Shown here: positions 29,321 to 39,211 of the stretch, piece after piece
How positions within the stretch are numbered: position 1 is the first letter of the stretch
How the letters are laid out: each line of letters begins with the position of its first letter
Source of the DNA: Fidelibacterota bacterium
GTDB taxonomy: Bacteria > Fidelibacterota > Marinisomatia > Marinisomatales > JABMOV01
NCBI GenBank assembly: GCA_013203145.1
Contig: JABMOV010000166.1
Location: 1-60,402 of the forward strand
Direction of reading: 5' to 3'
DNA length: 60,402 nt
Position numbers and translations under genes: made by a program
Notes under the pieces: generated by a model
Databases searched by the model: none
Seen by the model: only the letters and a program-made list of their open reading frames with translations
Told to the model about the DNA's origin: nothing

Positions 29321-29606
29321 TCAGTTCAATAGCACGAGCTATGGGAACTTGATAAATTCCTGCATTTCCATCAATTACTGCATAAGAATTCAATGTTTTT
29401 GCATTGGCTTGCTGTTGCACTACCAAAACCTCTGATTGAGGAGCATTAACTATGTTGTGAATGGCTAACTCAGCTTCTTTTACGTAATAACCGTATGTAA
29501 CGGTTAATGTGACGATTAGAAAAAGGAGAGATGCGACAGCAATACCCGCAACATAACGGATATTGATTTCATGTGTATCGTAACCTTTTGACGTTGCCTG
29601 TGTCAT
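29292..29606 (-). CDS. ActG-like single-TM subunit of alternative complex III
   Basis: One TM helix, VPIARAIELI motif, located between actF and SCO. Confidence 0.6.
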   Translation of the reverse strand: MTQATSKGYDTHEINIRYVAGIAVASLLFLIVTLTVTYGYYVKEAELAIHNIVNAPQSEVLVVQQQANAKTLNSYAVIDGNAGIYQVPIARAIELIATDTDVRN

Positions 29607-29617
29607 TGGTTCTCCAG

Positions 29618-30802
29618 TTAAGGATTAAGAAACTTTATAGAATCCTGGAGTTTTTCATCTTTTACTGGAACGATAGCATTTGCAGTAAAATTCTTCCAGA
29701 ATAAGAAAAGGAATACACCACCGATTCCCACAAAGGTAGTGATATCCATCCAAGAAAAGTGTACACCATGATGATGTAAGGTTGGCATGACGATCCAATA
29801 CAAATCGATGAATTGCATAATAAGGATAAGTGATGCCATCGCAAATAGAACTGTTTTATTTCGCTTTGAAGCGCGAAAGATTAAAACCAAAAATGGTACT
29901 GCAAAATGAGCAAATATCAGGAAAAGACTCATGGATTTCCACGAACCTTCCCACCGATGAAGGAACCACACGGTTTCTTCAGGTATGTTTCCATACCAAA
30001 TTAAGAAATATTGGGATCCCGCTATATATGCCCAGAATACTGTGAATGCGAAAAGTAATTTCCCAAAATCATGGTAATGTTCAATGGTGACTTCATTTTT
30101 AAGAATGCCACGTCTTTGAATAAACATCGTAAATAATGTCATAAATGCAATGATGGTTAAATAACTTCCGGAAAATATATAGACTCCAAAAATGGTTGAG
30201 TACCAGTGTGGATCTAATGACATCAGCCAATCAAATGAGGCAAATGTCAATGACAGCGCGAATAAAAACATTCCCGGAGCAGCTACACGACGTAAACGTT
30301 GATAGATATCCGATTCATGGCCTTCATCCTGCTGTATTGAGAATTTATGGATAAGAGAGCCCAGGCCGAACCAAATCACAAAGTACACCGCAGCGCGAAT
30401 CAGGAAAAATGGTGTATTTAGATATCCAACTTTTTTTGATAAAATAGCATCTTGAGCAACAGCATCATAGTCAGTCCAATGATATAAATCGTGCATACCG
30501 AATATAATAGGGATAAAGAATATTGCCATCCATGGTAAGGTTCGCATTGCAGTTTCCGGAATGCGTTTAACAACAATTGTCCACACAGAATGGGTAAGAT
30601 AATGAATCAGAGTTACAAACAAACCCCCGAGACCCAGAGTAATAAAAAACATAAATGAAACCAAATAAGAGAAATAGAATTGTTCATGATTTGTAACCCA
30701 TCCAAAGGCGGATAGGAGCAAAAATACAAGACCTGTATAAAGAAATTTCCGTCCCAATGGTTCGGGATTAGAAATGCGATATGTAGTGGAATCAAACTTC
30801 AT
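29618..30802 (-). CDS. actF: Alternative complex III subunit F
   Basis: Polytopic; DWLMSLDPHWYSTIFG, HDFGKLLFAF, SQYFLIWYGNIPEE. Confidence 0.9.
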   Translation of the reverse strand: MKFDSTTYRISNPEPLGRKFLYTGLVFLLLSAFGWVTNHEQFYFSYLVSFMFFITLGLGGLFVTLIHYLTHSVWTIVVKRIPETAMRTLPWMAIFFIPIIFGMHDLYHWTDYDAVAQDAILSKKVGYLNTPFFLIRAAVYFVIWFGLGSLIHKFSIQQDEGHESDIYQRLRRVAAPGMFLFALSLTFASFDWLMSLDPHWYSTIFGVYIFSGSYLTIIAFMTLFTMFIQRRGILKNEVTIEHYHDFGKLLFAFTVFWAYIAGSQYFLIWYGNIPEETVWFLHRWEGSWKSMSLFLIFAHFAVPFLVLIFRASKRNKTVLFAMASLILIMQFIDLYWIVMPTLHHHGVHFSWMDITTFVGIGGVFLFLFWKNFTANAIVPVKDEKLQDSIKFLNP

Positions 30803-30811
30803 AAAATTTCA

Positions 30812-31423
30812 CTATTTAATATTTTGTTGCTGATTAGCAGGGATGTCAGTTAGCTTGGCATTTTGACTGCGTTGCAAAGCTCTTACATACGCTACGATTG
30901 CCCAACGATCTGGGACAGGAATCTGTTCTTTGTGCGATGGCATATTTCGAATACCATTGGACACAACATTAAAGAGTTCCCCATCGGGGACATTACGTAA
31001 GCGATCATCGTGATAAGATGTAGGAGGTATTGGATATTTATAATTTGTTATTGGGCCTTTACCGTCCCCTAATTCTCCATGGCAAGGTACACAGAAAATA
31101 TTGAATCTGTCTTGACCGCGGTTTAACACAGCGGTGGTAAATGTTACCGGACTTTTCTTGACAAAATCACCTGTGGATGTTTTCCCAAAATAGTATGCTT
31201 CATCGTCTTTAAGTAAACCACGAGCGACAGTACCTTCAACAGGCATGCGCATACCGGATCCATTCTCAAATAAATTGCTAGCACGGTAAGGTTTGACTTT
31301 ACCTTGCGTGTCCATATTCTTTATTAAATGAATGGGTGGTTTTTTCTTTGGTGCACCCTGGAAACATCCAAATGTAGAAAGAGCTAAAACGGCGACAATT
31401 AGGATTTTAAATATTTTATTCAT
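30812..31423 (-). CDS. actE: Alternative complex III monoheme cytochrome c lipoprotein
   Basis: TFGC lipobox, CVPCH, distal Met, RWAIVAYVRALQ; start set at ATG 31423 (or 31426). Confidence 0.9.
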   Translation of the reverse strand: MNKIFKILIVAVLALSTFGCFQGAPKKKPPIHLIKNMDTQGKVKPYRASNLFENGSGMRMPVEGTVARGLLKDDEAYYFGKTSTGDFVKKSPVTFTTAVLNRGQDRFNIFCVPCHGELGDGKGPITNYKYPIPPTSYHDDRLRNVPDGELFNVVSNGIRNMPSHKEQIPVPDRWAIVAYVRALQRSQNAKLTDIPANQQQNIK

Positions 31424-31949
31424 CATCACCTTCCAACAATTCGACATTATCTCCGCCAATGGATTCCAGGAATGATTTTGTTTCAGTATCTGAAAATTTT
31501 GAATCCTCAGATTCAATACTGATAAAGAAACCATCATCGGTTGCTTTTTTAAAGTTTTCAGAATAAAAAACAGGATGATGAAAACGAGGTAATCGGTTGA
31601 AATGCAGCATGCCTAATACGGCTGAAATAGCTCCAAATAATACAAATAGCGCAAAGATTATAATGATATATGCCTGCCATGCAAAAAGTGGTTTACCACT
31701 AATGGTTAATGGATATGCAATTGAGTGTGTCCATGATTGTAACGCAAAACCAATGAGACCACCTAATATGGCAAAAAATGCAATGACAAAACCAAGTTTT
31801 GACCTTTTCAAACCCATAGCCTGATCCATACCATGGACGGGAAATGGAGAATGACAGTCAAATTTATTATAACCAGCATCCCGAACTTTTTCTGCGGCAT
31901 GCATCAAGTCAAGTGGATTTCTGAATTCTGCTAATATTCCATGTATCAT
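31416..31949 (-). CDS. actD: Alternative complex III subunit D (DUF3341)
   Basis: HSPFPVHGMDQAMG, two TM helices, DDGFFISI. Confidence 0.9.
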   Translation of the reverse strand: MIHGILAEFRNPLDLMHAAEKVRDAGYNKFDCHSPFPVHGMDQAMGLKRSKLGFVIAFFAILGGLIGFALQSWTHSIAYPLTISGKPLFAWQAYIIIIFALFVLFGAISAVLGMLHFNRLPRFHHPVFYSENFKKATDDGFFISIESEDSKFSDTETKSFLESIGGDNVELLEGDDE

Positions 31950-31958
31950 AATGTTTGC

Positions 31959-33341
31959 CTAATGTGTTTCATGGTGTTGATTAGCTTCTGGTAATATGCC
32001 TTTGACTTCAGTCATAGATACCATGGGTAAAAACCTTAAGAATAACAGGAAGAATGTGAAGAATAATCCGAAGGAACCCACAAAGGTTAGAATATCAAAA
32101 ATTGTTGGGGAATAATATGCCCAGGAAGATGGTAAAAAGTCTCTGGATAAGGATGAAACTGTGATAACAAAACGTTCAAACCACATGCCCACATTTACGA
32201 GGATTGAAGCAATAAATAGTAACTTGGTATTATAGCGAATTTTTTTAAACCAGAAGAATTGTGGCAGGATCACATTACATGAAATCATAATCCAATAAGC
32301 CCAGGCGTAATTACCAAAACCACGATTTATAAAAGCGAATTGTTCATAAACGTTGCCACTGTACCAGGCAATAAAGAATTCCATGGAATAGGCATAGCCA
32401 ACCATTGAACTGGTCACAAGCATGATTTTTGCCATTTTATCCAGATGCTGTGCTGTTATAATATGGTGCAAACCATAAAATTTCCGTGCAATAATAACCA
32501 GTGTCATCACCATACCAAAACCGGAAAAAACTGCACCTGCAACAAAGTAGGGCGGGAATATTGTTGTATGCCAGCCAGGCACTAATGAAGTCGCAAAGTC
32601 AGTACTCACAACGCTATGAACAGACAATACCAGAGGCGTAGATAGACCAGCTAAAACCAGATAGGCTAATTCATAATGTTGCCATTGACGATTTCCACCA
32701 CGCCAGCCAAGGGATAAAACTCCAAAAGTCATTTTGCGTATTCTCTTTTTTGCGCGATCCCGTAATGTGGCAAGATCAGGAATTAATCCTGTATACCAGA
32801 ATAATAAAGAAACGGTGAAGTAAGTCCCAACAGCAAAAAAGTCCCATAATAATGGACTGCGGAAGTTTGGCCACATTCCCATTTGATTCGGAACCGGGAA
32901 GAAATAGTACAATAACCAAATTCTACCAACGTGAATTCCCGGGAATAATAAAGCACAAATGACAGCAAAAATTGTCATGGCTTCAGCAAAACGATTAATG
33001 GATGTGCGCCATTTTTGCCTGAAAAGGAATAAAACCGCTGAAATCAACGTCCCTGCGTGACCAATTCCAACCCAGAAGACAAAGTTTACAATAGCCCAAC
33101 CCCAGCCAACGGGATTATTCAAACCCCAAATACCGGTACCTTCCCAGATTAACCAGCCCAGCGTTCCTAAAAGTAGGAATAAACCAGAAAGAGCCATTGC
33201 GAAAAGTAACCACCATTCTTTTGGCGCACGTTTTTCGACAATAGAACTGATTTTCTCAGTGATGGAGCCAAAAGTTTGTCCACCGGTTATTAGTGGGGCT
33301 TTTTCAGGATCAAACTGTTGTGGATGTAATGCTTCGCTCAC
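31959..33341 (-). CDS. actC: Alternative complex III subunit C (NrfD/PsrC family)
   Basis: [43 protein letters not shown]; GTG start. Confidence 0.95.
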   Translation of the reverse strand: MSEALHPQQFDPEKAPLITGGQTFGSITEKISSIVEKRAPKEWWLLFAMALSGLFLLLGTLGWLIWEGTGIWGLNNPVGWGWAIVNFVFWVGIGHAGTLISAVLFLFRQKWRTSINRFAEAMTIFAVICALLFPGIHVGRIWLLYYFFPVPNQMGMWPNFRSPLLWDFFAVGTYFTVSLLFWYTGLIPDLATLRDRAKKRIRKMTFGVLSLGWRGGNRQWQHYELAYLVLAGLSTPLVLSVHSVVSTDFATSLVPGWHTTIFPPYFVAGAVFSGFGMVMTLVIIARKFYGLHHIITAQHLDKMAKIMLVTSSMVGYAYSMEFFIAWYSGNVYEQFAFINRGFGNYAWAYWIMISCNVILPQFFWFKKIRYNTKLLFIASILVNVGMWFERFVITVSSLSRDFLPSSWAYYSPTIFDILTFVGSFGLFFTFFLLFLRFLPMVSMTEVKGILPEANQHHETH

Positions 33342-33359
33342 ATGAATATCCTATAAATG

Positions 33360-36300
33360 TTATCCTTTTTCCAATTCCGGGTTGGGATTTCGAAGTTTTG
33401 CCTGATAAGTAATACGCGGTTTAGTATTGAGTTCTCCTAACAAAGCGTAGTCACGATTCTGTTGCTTCATTTGCGACACTTTTGAATTTGGATCGGTAAT
33501 GTCACCAAATGCAATGGCATCTGTTGGACAGGTCTGCTGACATGCAGAAACAACATCACCATCGACGAGGATCTGATTATTTTTCTTTGAAGTAATCTTT
33601 GCTTGGTTGACTCGTTGCAAACAGAATGTACATTTTTCCATGACGCCACGGAATCGAACAGTAACGTCTGGGTTCTGTGCCATTTGGACAATTTCAGGAA
33701 TATCTTTTGTATAATGATAAAAATTGAATCGACGAACTTTATAAGGACAGTTATTAGCACAATAACGAGTTCCGACACAGCGATTGTAGGTCATGCCATT
33801 GATGCCATCATCTGTATGAGTTGTTGCAGCAACAGGACATACTTGCTCACATGGTGCCATTTCGCAATGTTGACATGCTACCGGTTGAACAACTGATTTA
33901 GGATTTTCTATGTCGCCTGTGAAATACCTATCCATCCGCATCCAATGCATTTCACGACCAATTTTCACCTGGTCTTTACCCACGACTGGTATATTATTTT
34001 CACTTTGACACGCGATGGTACAAGCCATACAACCTGTACATACATTCAGGTCGATTGCCATTCCCCATTGGGGACCTTCAGAATAATCTTTTTCCTCCCA
34101 CATGGATATTAGTGGAGGATGCTCAACCGCTTCTTTTGCGAATTCTGGATGGTGTTTGTATTCATCCATTGTGGCTTCACGAACAATGATAGGCAGACGA
34201 TCTTGCACACCTTTTTCAGCTGTAGCGTCACCATCCATCCCATTGTGATCTTGGGTGCTGGCTAATTCGTATTTTAATCCTGTACCAACAATCATGGCGC
34301 CAAAGCCAAATCCCTGGTGTGAGGAGGTGCGTAGTTTATAAGTATCTACACCGGTATCGTCACCGATTCGTCCAATGGAAGATTGCCCATAACCAAGTTC
34401 TAACCCGATTGAATAATCGGCCATTCCAGGGACAATCCATACAGGAATATTTAAATTGCGACCTTCGAATTTGAGGGTCACTAAATCTTCGTTACGCAAT
34501 CCTAATGTTTTTGCAGTCGTACGACTCATTAAGGCAGCGTTATCCCATGTGAGTTTTGTTATTGGGTCTGGCAATTCCTGCAACCAGCCATTATTGGCGA
34601 ATCGCCCATCATAGACAGAAGCAGATGTTGAGAATACGACTTCCAGATTTTCAGCTGATGCGGTGCGCATAGCAAAAGATTGTTTTTGGAGTTCATTTAC
34701 TAAAAGTTTACTATTTGTTTTCAGTGAAATCTCACCAGACGATTGAAAATGGACACCATCATGTAAAACCTTGCGCCAGCTCTTTTCAAATTTTGTAGGA
34801 GATAAAATGTAACTCCAAGTTTCTTGTACCAAGTCATATCCTTTTACAGATTGACCAGTAGTAAAGGCGGAAACCAATTCAATATTGCTAACAGATGCAT
34901 ATAATGGTTCAATTTGAGGTTGTATAATTGAAGAAGGTCCTTGAGCAATACGAACATCATTCCATGATTCCAAAAAGTGGCTTTCAGGGATTTTCCAGCT
35001 AGACAATAATGATGTTTCATTGACCTTTGAGCTCAAATGAACAGAGAATTCAACTTTTGATAAAGCATTGGCGAAATTAAAATCAGCAGGTGCATTATAA
35101 ACTGGATTGCCACCTAGAATGATAAGACCATCTATAGAACCGTTTGCCATTTTGGTTGATAGTGATTTGAACTCTGCAATGTCAGAAGGTTGTGCATCAG
35201 GGAACGTATAATAAGTAACGGTTTCGCCAATATTTGACAATGCTTCATTCATAGCTGAAACTATTGCATGGACATGTGCAGGTTGACGACTCCCTGCAAG
35301 TATCAGGCTTTTACCTTTATTGGTAATTAAATCTCTAACAAGTGCTTTTATTGTGGATTTATTGAAGGAAAATCCAGCCGATTTAATACCGTCAATACCA
35401 GGAACACTGAACCCTTGTTTATTTAATTCGATGGCTACGGCAGCAGCAAACGCAGCGATATGGTTGGACTGCATCTTAAACCGATGATCTGCCATAGCTC
35501 CCGTTACTGTATAATTGCTTTCAGCGACATAAAGACGATTCATCTGATCATTTTCATGAGTGACTTTACGTCCTTTGGCAAAATCACCTGCGTTTCGAAG
35601 AACGTCACTTTCAGTCTGAAGAAAATCTGAATCTAATGCTAAAATGACATTGGCTTTATCCAGGTTGTATAATGGTCTAGCCAAGGTACCGGTGGCCATT
35701 TTGATACCACGACGGACATTTTCATCATTTACAGGTTCATATGCAACCCATGTTGCATTTGGATACGCTTTTAAAAATTCTTTTTTCAGACGAGCCAATG
35801 TAGGGGAAGAGTATTCAGTGGAAATAACAGCAAGGTTTTCACCAGCACTATTCTCAAATTTATTGCGAACATCCTGCCATGCTAAAAGAAATGCTTCAAA
35901 ATCAGAAGATTCACCACCATTACTGACCTCTTTTGCGCGATCAGGATCGTATAAATCCAAGATCGATGCTTGGACGAATGCATTTGCTTTTCCATTACTT
36001 GAAGGATGAGATTCATTTCCTTCAAGTTTGGTTGGACGACCTTCATGGTTTTCAACTAATACTCCAATAGATTCTAATCCAAAGGGCATTGCAGAAGCAT
36101 AATAAAGAGGAATACCAGGAACAATATCTTCTGGCGAAATCACATACGGAATAATTTTTTCAATTGGACGTCTGCATCCTGCTAAGCCAGCAAAAGCCAA
36201 TGATGCTCCCATGAGTGACAAAAATTTGCGGCGCGATAATCCATCGCTCAATTCAAGTGTTCCTTCTGGAAATTCATTTTCAACGAAAGAACGGAATTCA

Positions 36301-36365
36301 TCTGTGTCAGCCAGTTGATTTAGACTGCGCCAATATTGTTTTCCATTCAACTGTTTTTTACTCAT
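33360..36365 (-). CDS. actB: Alternative complex III subunit B (molybdopterin-oxidoreductase-like plus Fe-S domains)
   Basis: YWRSL, SRRKFL TAT motif, LAGC, CTGCMAC, CQHCEMAPC, CVGTRYC, EKCTFC; start ATG 36365 (ATGA overlap). Confidence 0.95.
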   Translation of the reverse strand: MSKKQLNGKQYWRSLNQLADTDEFRSFVENEFPEGTLELSDGLSRRKFLSLMGASLAFAGLAGCRRPIEKIIPYVISPEDIVPGIPLYYASAMPFGLESIGVLVENHEGRPTKLEGNESHPSSNGKANAFVQASILDLYDPDRAKEVSNGGESSDFEAFLLAWQDVRNKFENSAGENLAVISTEYSSPTLARLKKEFLKAYPNATWVAYEPVNDENVRRGIKMATGTLARPLYNLDKANVILALDSDFLQTESDVLRNAGDFAKGRKVTHENDQMNRLYVAESNYTVTGAMADHRFKMQSNHIAAFAAAVAIELNKQGFSVPGIDGIKSAGFSFNKSTIKALVRDLITNKGKSLILAGSRQPAHVHAIVSAMNEALSNIGETVTYYTFPDAQPSDIAEFKSLSTKMANGSIDGLIILGGNPVYNAPADFNFANALSKVEFSVHLSSKVNETSLLSSWKIPESHFLESWNDVRIAQGPSSIIQPQIEPLYASVSNIELVSAFTTGQSVKGYDLVQETWSYILSPTKFEKSWRKVLHDGVHFQSSGEISLKTNSKLLVNELQKQSFAMRTASAENLEVVFSTSASVYDGRFANNGWLQELPDPITKLTWDNAALMSRTTAKTLGLRNEDLVTLKFEGRNLNIPVWIVPGMADYSIGLELGYGQSSIGRIGDDTGVDTYKLRTSSHQGFGFGAMIVGTGLKYELASTQDHNGMDGDATAEKGVQDRLPIIVREATMDEYKHHPEFAKEAVEHPPLISMWEEKDYSEGPQWGMAIDLNVCTGCMACTIACQSENNIPVVGKDQVKIGREMHWMRMDRYFTGDIENPKSVVQPVACQHCEMAPCEQVCPVAATTHTDDGINGMTYNRCVGTRYCANNCPYKVRRFNFYHYTKDIPEIVQMAQNPDVTVRFRGVMEKCTFCLQRVNQAKITSKKNNQILVDGDVVSACQQTCPTDAIAFGDITDPNSKVSQMKQQNRDYALLGELNTKPRITYQAKLRNPNPELEKG

Positions 36366-37009
36366 CGATGACACCCTGAACAATCAGTGGGTGGATTAAT
36401 TTTATTTGTGGATATAAACTCGGTTGCCCAATCCGACTGACCTTCGCCAGGAGTCCATCCCATGGCAGTTACATTTCCATCTGGACGTATATGACTGGTT
36501 GGGTCTCTATGGCAATCTAAACACCATTTCATACTAAGCGGTTTTGATAACATGACAGTTTCCATTTGATCAATACGGCCGTGGCAACTTTCGCATCCAA
36601 TGTTACGATTAATATGGATGCTGTGATCAAAATAGGCAAAATCAGGCGTTTTATGAATACGAACCCATTCAATGGGAATACCCGTATTCCAAGATTGAAT
36701 AATAGGTTTAATAGAGTCACTTTCGGTTTTGACCATATTGTGACAATTCATACAGGTTTGGGTTGGAGGCACACCAGCTGTAGCCGTGACTTCAACACCA
36801 GTATGACAATAACGGCAATCCATACCCATATCGCCAGCATGTAATTTGTGACTGTATGGAATAGGCTGCTCTGGGCGATACCCGACGTCAGTATAATAAG
36901 GGCTGCCAAAATACCAGAAAAACCCGACGATTCCTGCAAGAACAACGACAAGTCCACCTGCTAAAAAAAGCGGTACTTTATTTGACCATTTTGGAAAAAT
37001 CTGCGTCAT
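36362..37009 (-). CDS. actA: Alternative complex III pentaheme cytochrome c
   Basis: N-terminal TM helix and five CxxCH motifs (CRYCH, CMNCH, CESCH, CLDCH, CSGCH). Confidence 0.95.
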   Translation of the reverse strand: MTQIFPKWSNKVPLFLAGGLVVVLAGIVGFFWYFGSPYYTDVGYRPEQPIPYSHKLHAGDMGMDCRYCHTGVEVTATAGVPPTQTCMNCHNMVKTESDSIKPIIQSWNTGIPIEWVRIHKTPDFAYFDHSIHINRNIGCESCHGRIDQMETVMLSKPLSMKWCLDCHRDPTSHIRPDGNVTAMGWTPGEGQSDWATEFISTNKINPPTDCSGCHR

Positions 37010-37302
37010 GTAATATTAAAATTCTTATTGTAGTTATGAGGTTTTAAAATATGGAAAACCACGTTTAATGTATAAAACCAAGACCCAACTTTAAAGAATT
37101 GATGAGTCACTAGTCAAGAAATCTTGGCGCAAATTTTGATATAATACTATAACATTTGACAGGATAACTGTATCCGTAAGTAATGAATTGACACATGTTA
37201 ATATTTATTTAAAAAATTCAATGAAAGAAAAGCAGGTTAATACATAAAAACTAAATTTATAACTTGAGATTGTAATAAGAAGGATGCGCTGTAATACATT
37301 AA

Positions 37303-38421
37303 TTATTCAATAATTGGAGATTTAGTATATACTGGAATTACGATGATTTTGTGGTGTCTAAATGTTGGGAAACTTGAAGAGAGAAAGAGTGAAACCTCAT
37401 TTTCAATAGATGGTCTGATCGATAGGACCAAATGACATTTTGTTTGGGATACAATGTTAGATAGTACGGGAAATAGACCACCATTATTCAATTCCAATTG
37501 TCCAAATTCGTCTAGAATAATCCATTCTGAGTTGCGTAGATCTTTCGTTTGGTTTTCGGCCCAATCAAAAGCAGATTGATTGAAAAAAAACTTTCCAGTT
37601 TGCGGACTTGATTCAGATGGTTTCATTGAATTTAGTGGTACTGATTCTCCAGTTGATATTCGCACAAGGTGATGAAACCAATTTTCGTCATCAATGGACT
37701 CTTTTTTCGAAATGAAACCATCTACTTGAATATTTTCTTTCTGCAATTCCTCGATCAAGGATTCAATCCATGGTGTTTTACCAGCGCCAGCATCACCAGT
37801 TACTAAGACTATTGAGGAGGCATTTTCTGAGTTTACTTTTGATATCATTTTTTGTGGCGAAATAGAAGTATCATGATCGATAGATAATTCATTGGACAAC
37901 CGTGTGATGTCCGCTAACACTACAGCAAAATTCTTTAGCATATAGCGCGGATTCAATAACTGTTTGGACGTTCGTATTTCAGCAAATCGAGCATTGTAAA
38001 TATTTTTTACACGTGGAAATACTTCACGGCCTATTCTTATCATCTGATCCAAAAGCGTTAGGTTCAACTTTTTAAATCTTTTAGAAAATCTCTCACTGTT
38101 TATTTCTGACGTGAGGACTGCGAAAAACTCATATATCGCAATACCACGTATGGCCATACCTAAAGAAAGAAAAAATTGAGATGTACTGTAGGATACACCT
38201 AAAAATATGGCATCCTTTGTTCCGGTAAATAATGGGACCATTAACATTAGAACAATAATAGGAATCCAAAATTTGAAGTGTCTAAATGGAACAAGAGTTT
38301 TAGGATATGAAATACCGCCCGTAAGGATAATTCCAGCTAAACTGAAAAATGGAAATCGGCGTATTAATAATAGCCAAACTAAAATAATCAGGGATGACCA
38401 GAAACGTTTTGATCTAAGCAT
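37303..38421 (-). CDS. EcfT-like membrane domain fused to a P-loop NTPase (NTPase_1/DUF2478-like)
   Basis: Hydrophobic N-terminus; GDAGAGKT Walker A, VDGFIS, GKFFF, IILDEFGQLE Walker B. Confidence 0.65.
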   Translation of the reverse strand: MLRSKRFWSSLIILVWLLLIRRFPFFSLAGIILTGGISYPKTLVPFRHFKFWIPIIVLMLMVPLFTGTKDAIFLGVSYSTSQFFLSLGMAIRGIAIYEFFAVLTSEINSERFSKRFKKLNLTLLDQMIRIGREVFPRVKNIYNARFAEIRTSKQLLNPRYMLKNFAVVLADITRLSNELSIDHDTSISPQKMISKVNSENASSIVLVTGDAGAGKTPWIESLIEELQKENIQVDGFISKKESIDDENWFHHLVRISTGESVPLNSMKPSESSPQTGKFFFNQSAFDWAENQTKDLRNSEWIILDEFGQLELNNGGLFPVLSNIVSQTKCHLVLSIRPSIENEVSLFLSSSFPTFRHHKIIVIPVYTKSPIIE

Positions 38422-39001
38422 TAGAATTTTGAGACGATAAAAGGTCTTGAGTTTGCTTAATAATTATCCATGCAGCCCATGCTGCAGTGCACCCAAATAA
38501 AATGTGTGCAACCAAATAAAATATGAGGATCCACCAACCCAACCCAAATCCCACTGATTTTGATATTCCGTCGGCTAATTCTATTAAGACTGGGACAAAC
38601 TTCATCCCAAACAATACAGTCTTAACAAAAATATTTTGTACGATTGGATATATTCCAGTGAATATTCCTGAGAAGAAAAAACCAAGTTTTGTTGGTCCAA
38701 ATAATATCATCACGATTTCAACAATTACGCCTTCCATGACAATCCCTGCAAATGGACCAAACTTGACTGTACTGAAAGAGATCATTTTTATTGTACCTGC
38801 AACCAAGCCCATGAGAATGGCAGACCCACGGATATTCATTTCCTTACGGACATAAAGTAAGATGATGAGTCCAAGACCTGACAAAATTGAGCCCGAAAAG
38901 GGTAATCGGAACATGTGCAGTATTGTGCCAAGCGACGCTTCAATTGCTCCCCAAAGAGTGCCAAACAAGGTTATTGTTAATATGGATCGTCTATTCATCA
39001 T
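38414..39001 (-). CDS. ECF S-component-like membrane protein
   Basis: About 195 aa, five to six TM helices, FGTLWGAIEASLG; start set at ATG 39001. Confidence 0.6.
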   Translation of the reverse strand: MMNRRSILTITLFGTLWGAIEASLGTILHMFRLPFSGSILSGLGLIILLYVRKEMNIRGSAILMGLVAGTIKMISFSTVKFGPFAGIVMEGVIVEIVMILFGPTKLGFFFSGIFTGIYPIVQNIFVKTVLFGMKFVPVLIELADGISKSVGFGLGWWILIFYLVAHILFGCTAAWAAWIIIKQTQDLLSSQNSNA

Positions 39002-39211
39002 GCAGAGATTACTTGCTCTTTTTTTAGATATGCAAATTCTAACTCTGACTGACATTTCTATGGAAATGTGTTATAGTAATATCAACGGGATTCATCTGAT
39101 TATTGAAAGAATTGATCCGGGATAACATGTTGTCTTACCTCCCACGACAGAAGATTATCTGTAAATATTCTACTATAACCCAACGACTGAATTGCTTATT
39201 TTTGCTTATAA

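Noticed and set aside
39002-39211. Possible vitamin riboswitch upstream of the ECF-like genes
   Set aside because: I could not find cobalamin, TPP or FMN consensus elements on either strand; an Rfam scan would be needed.
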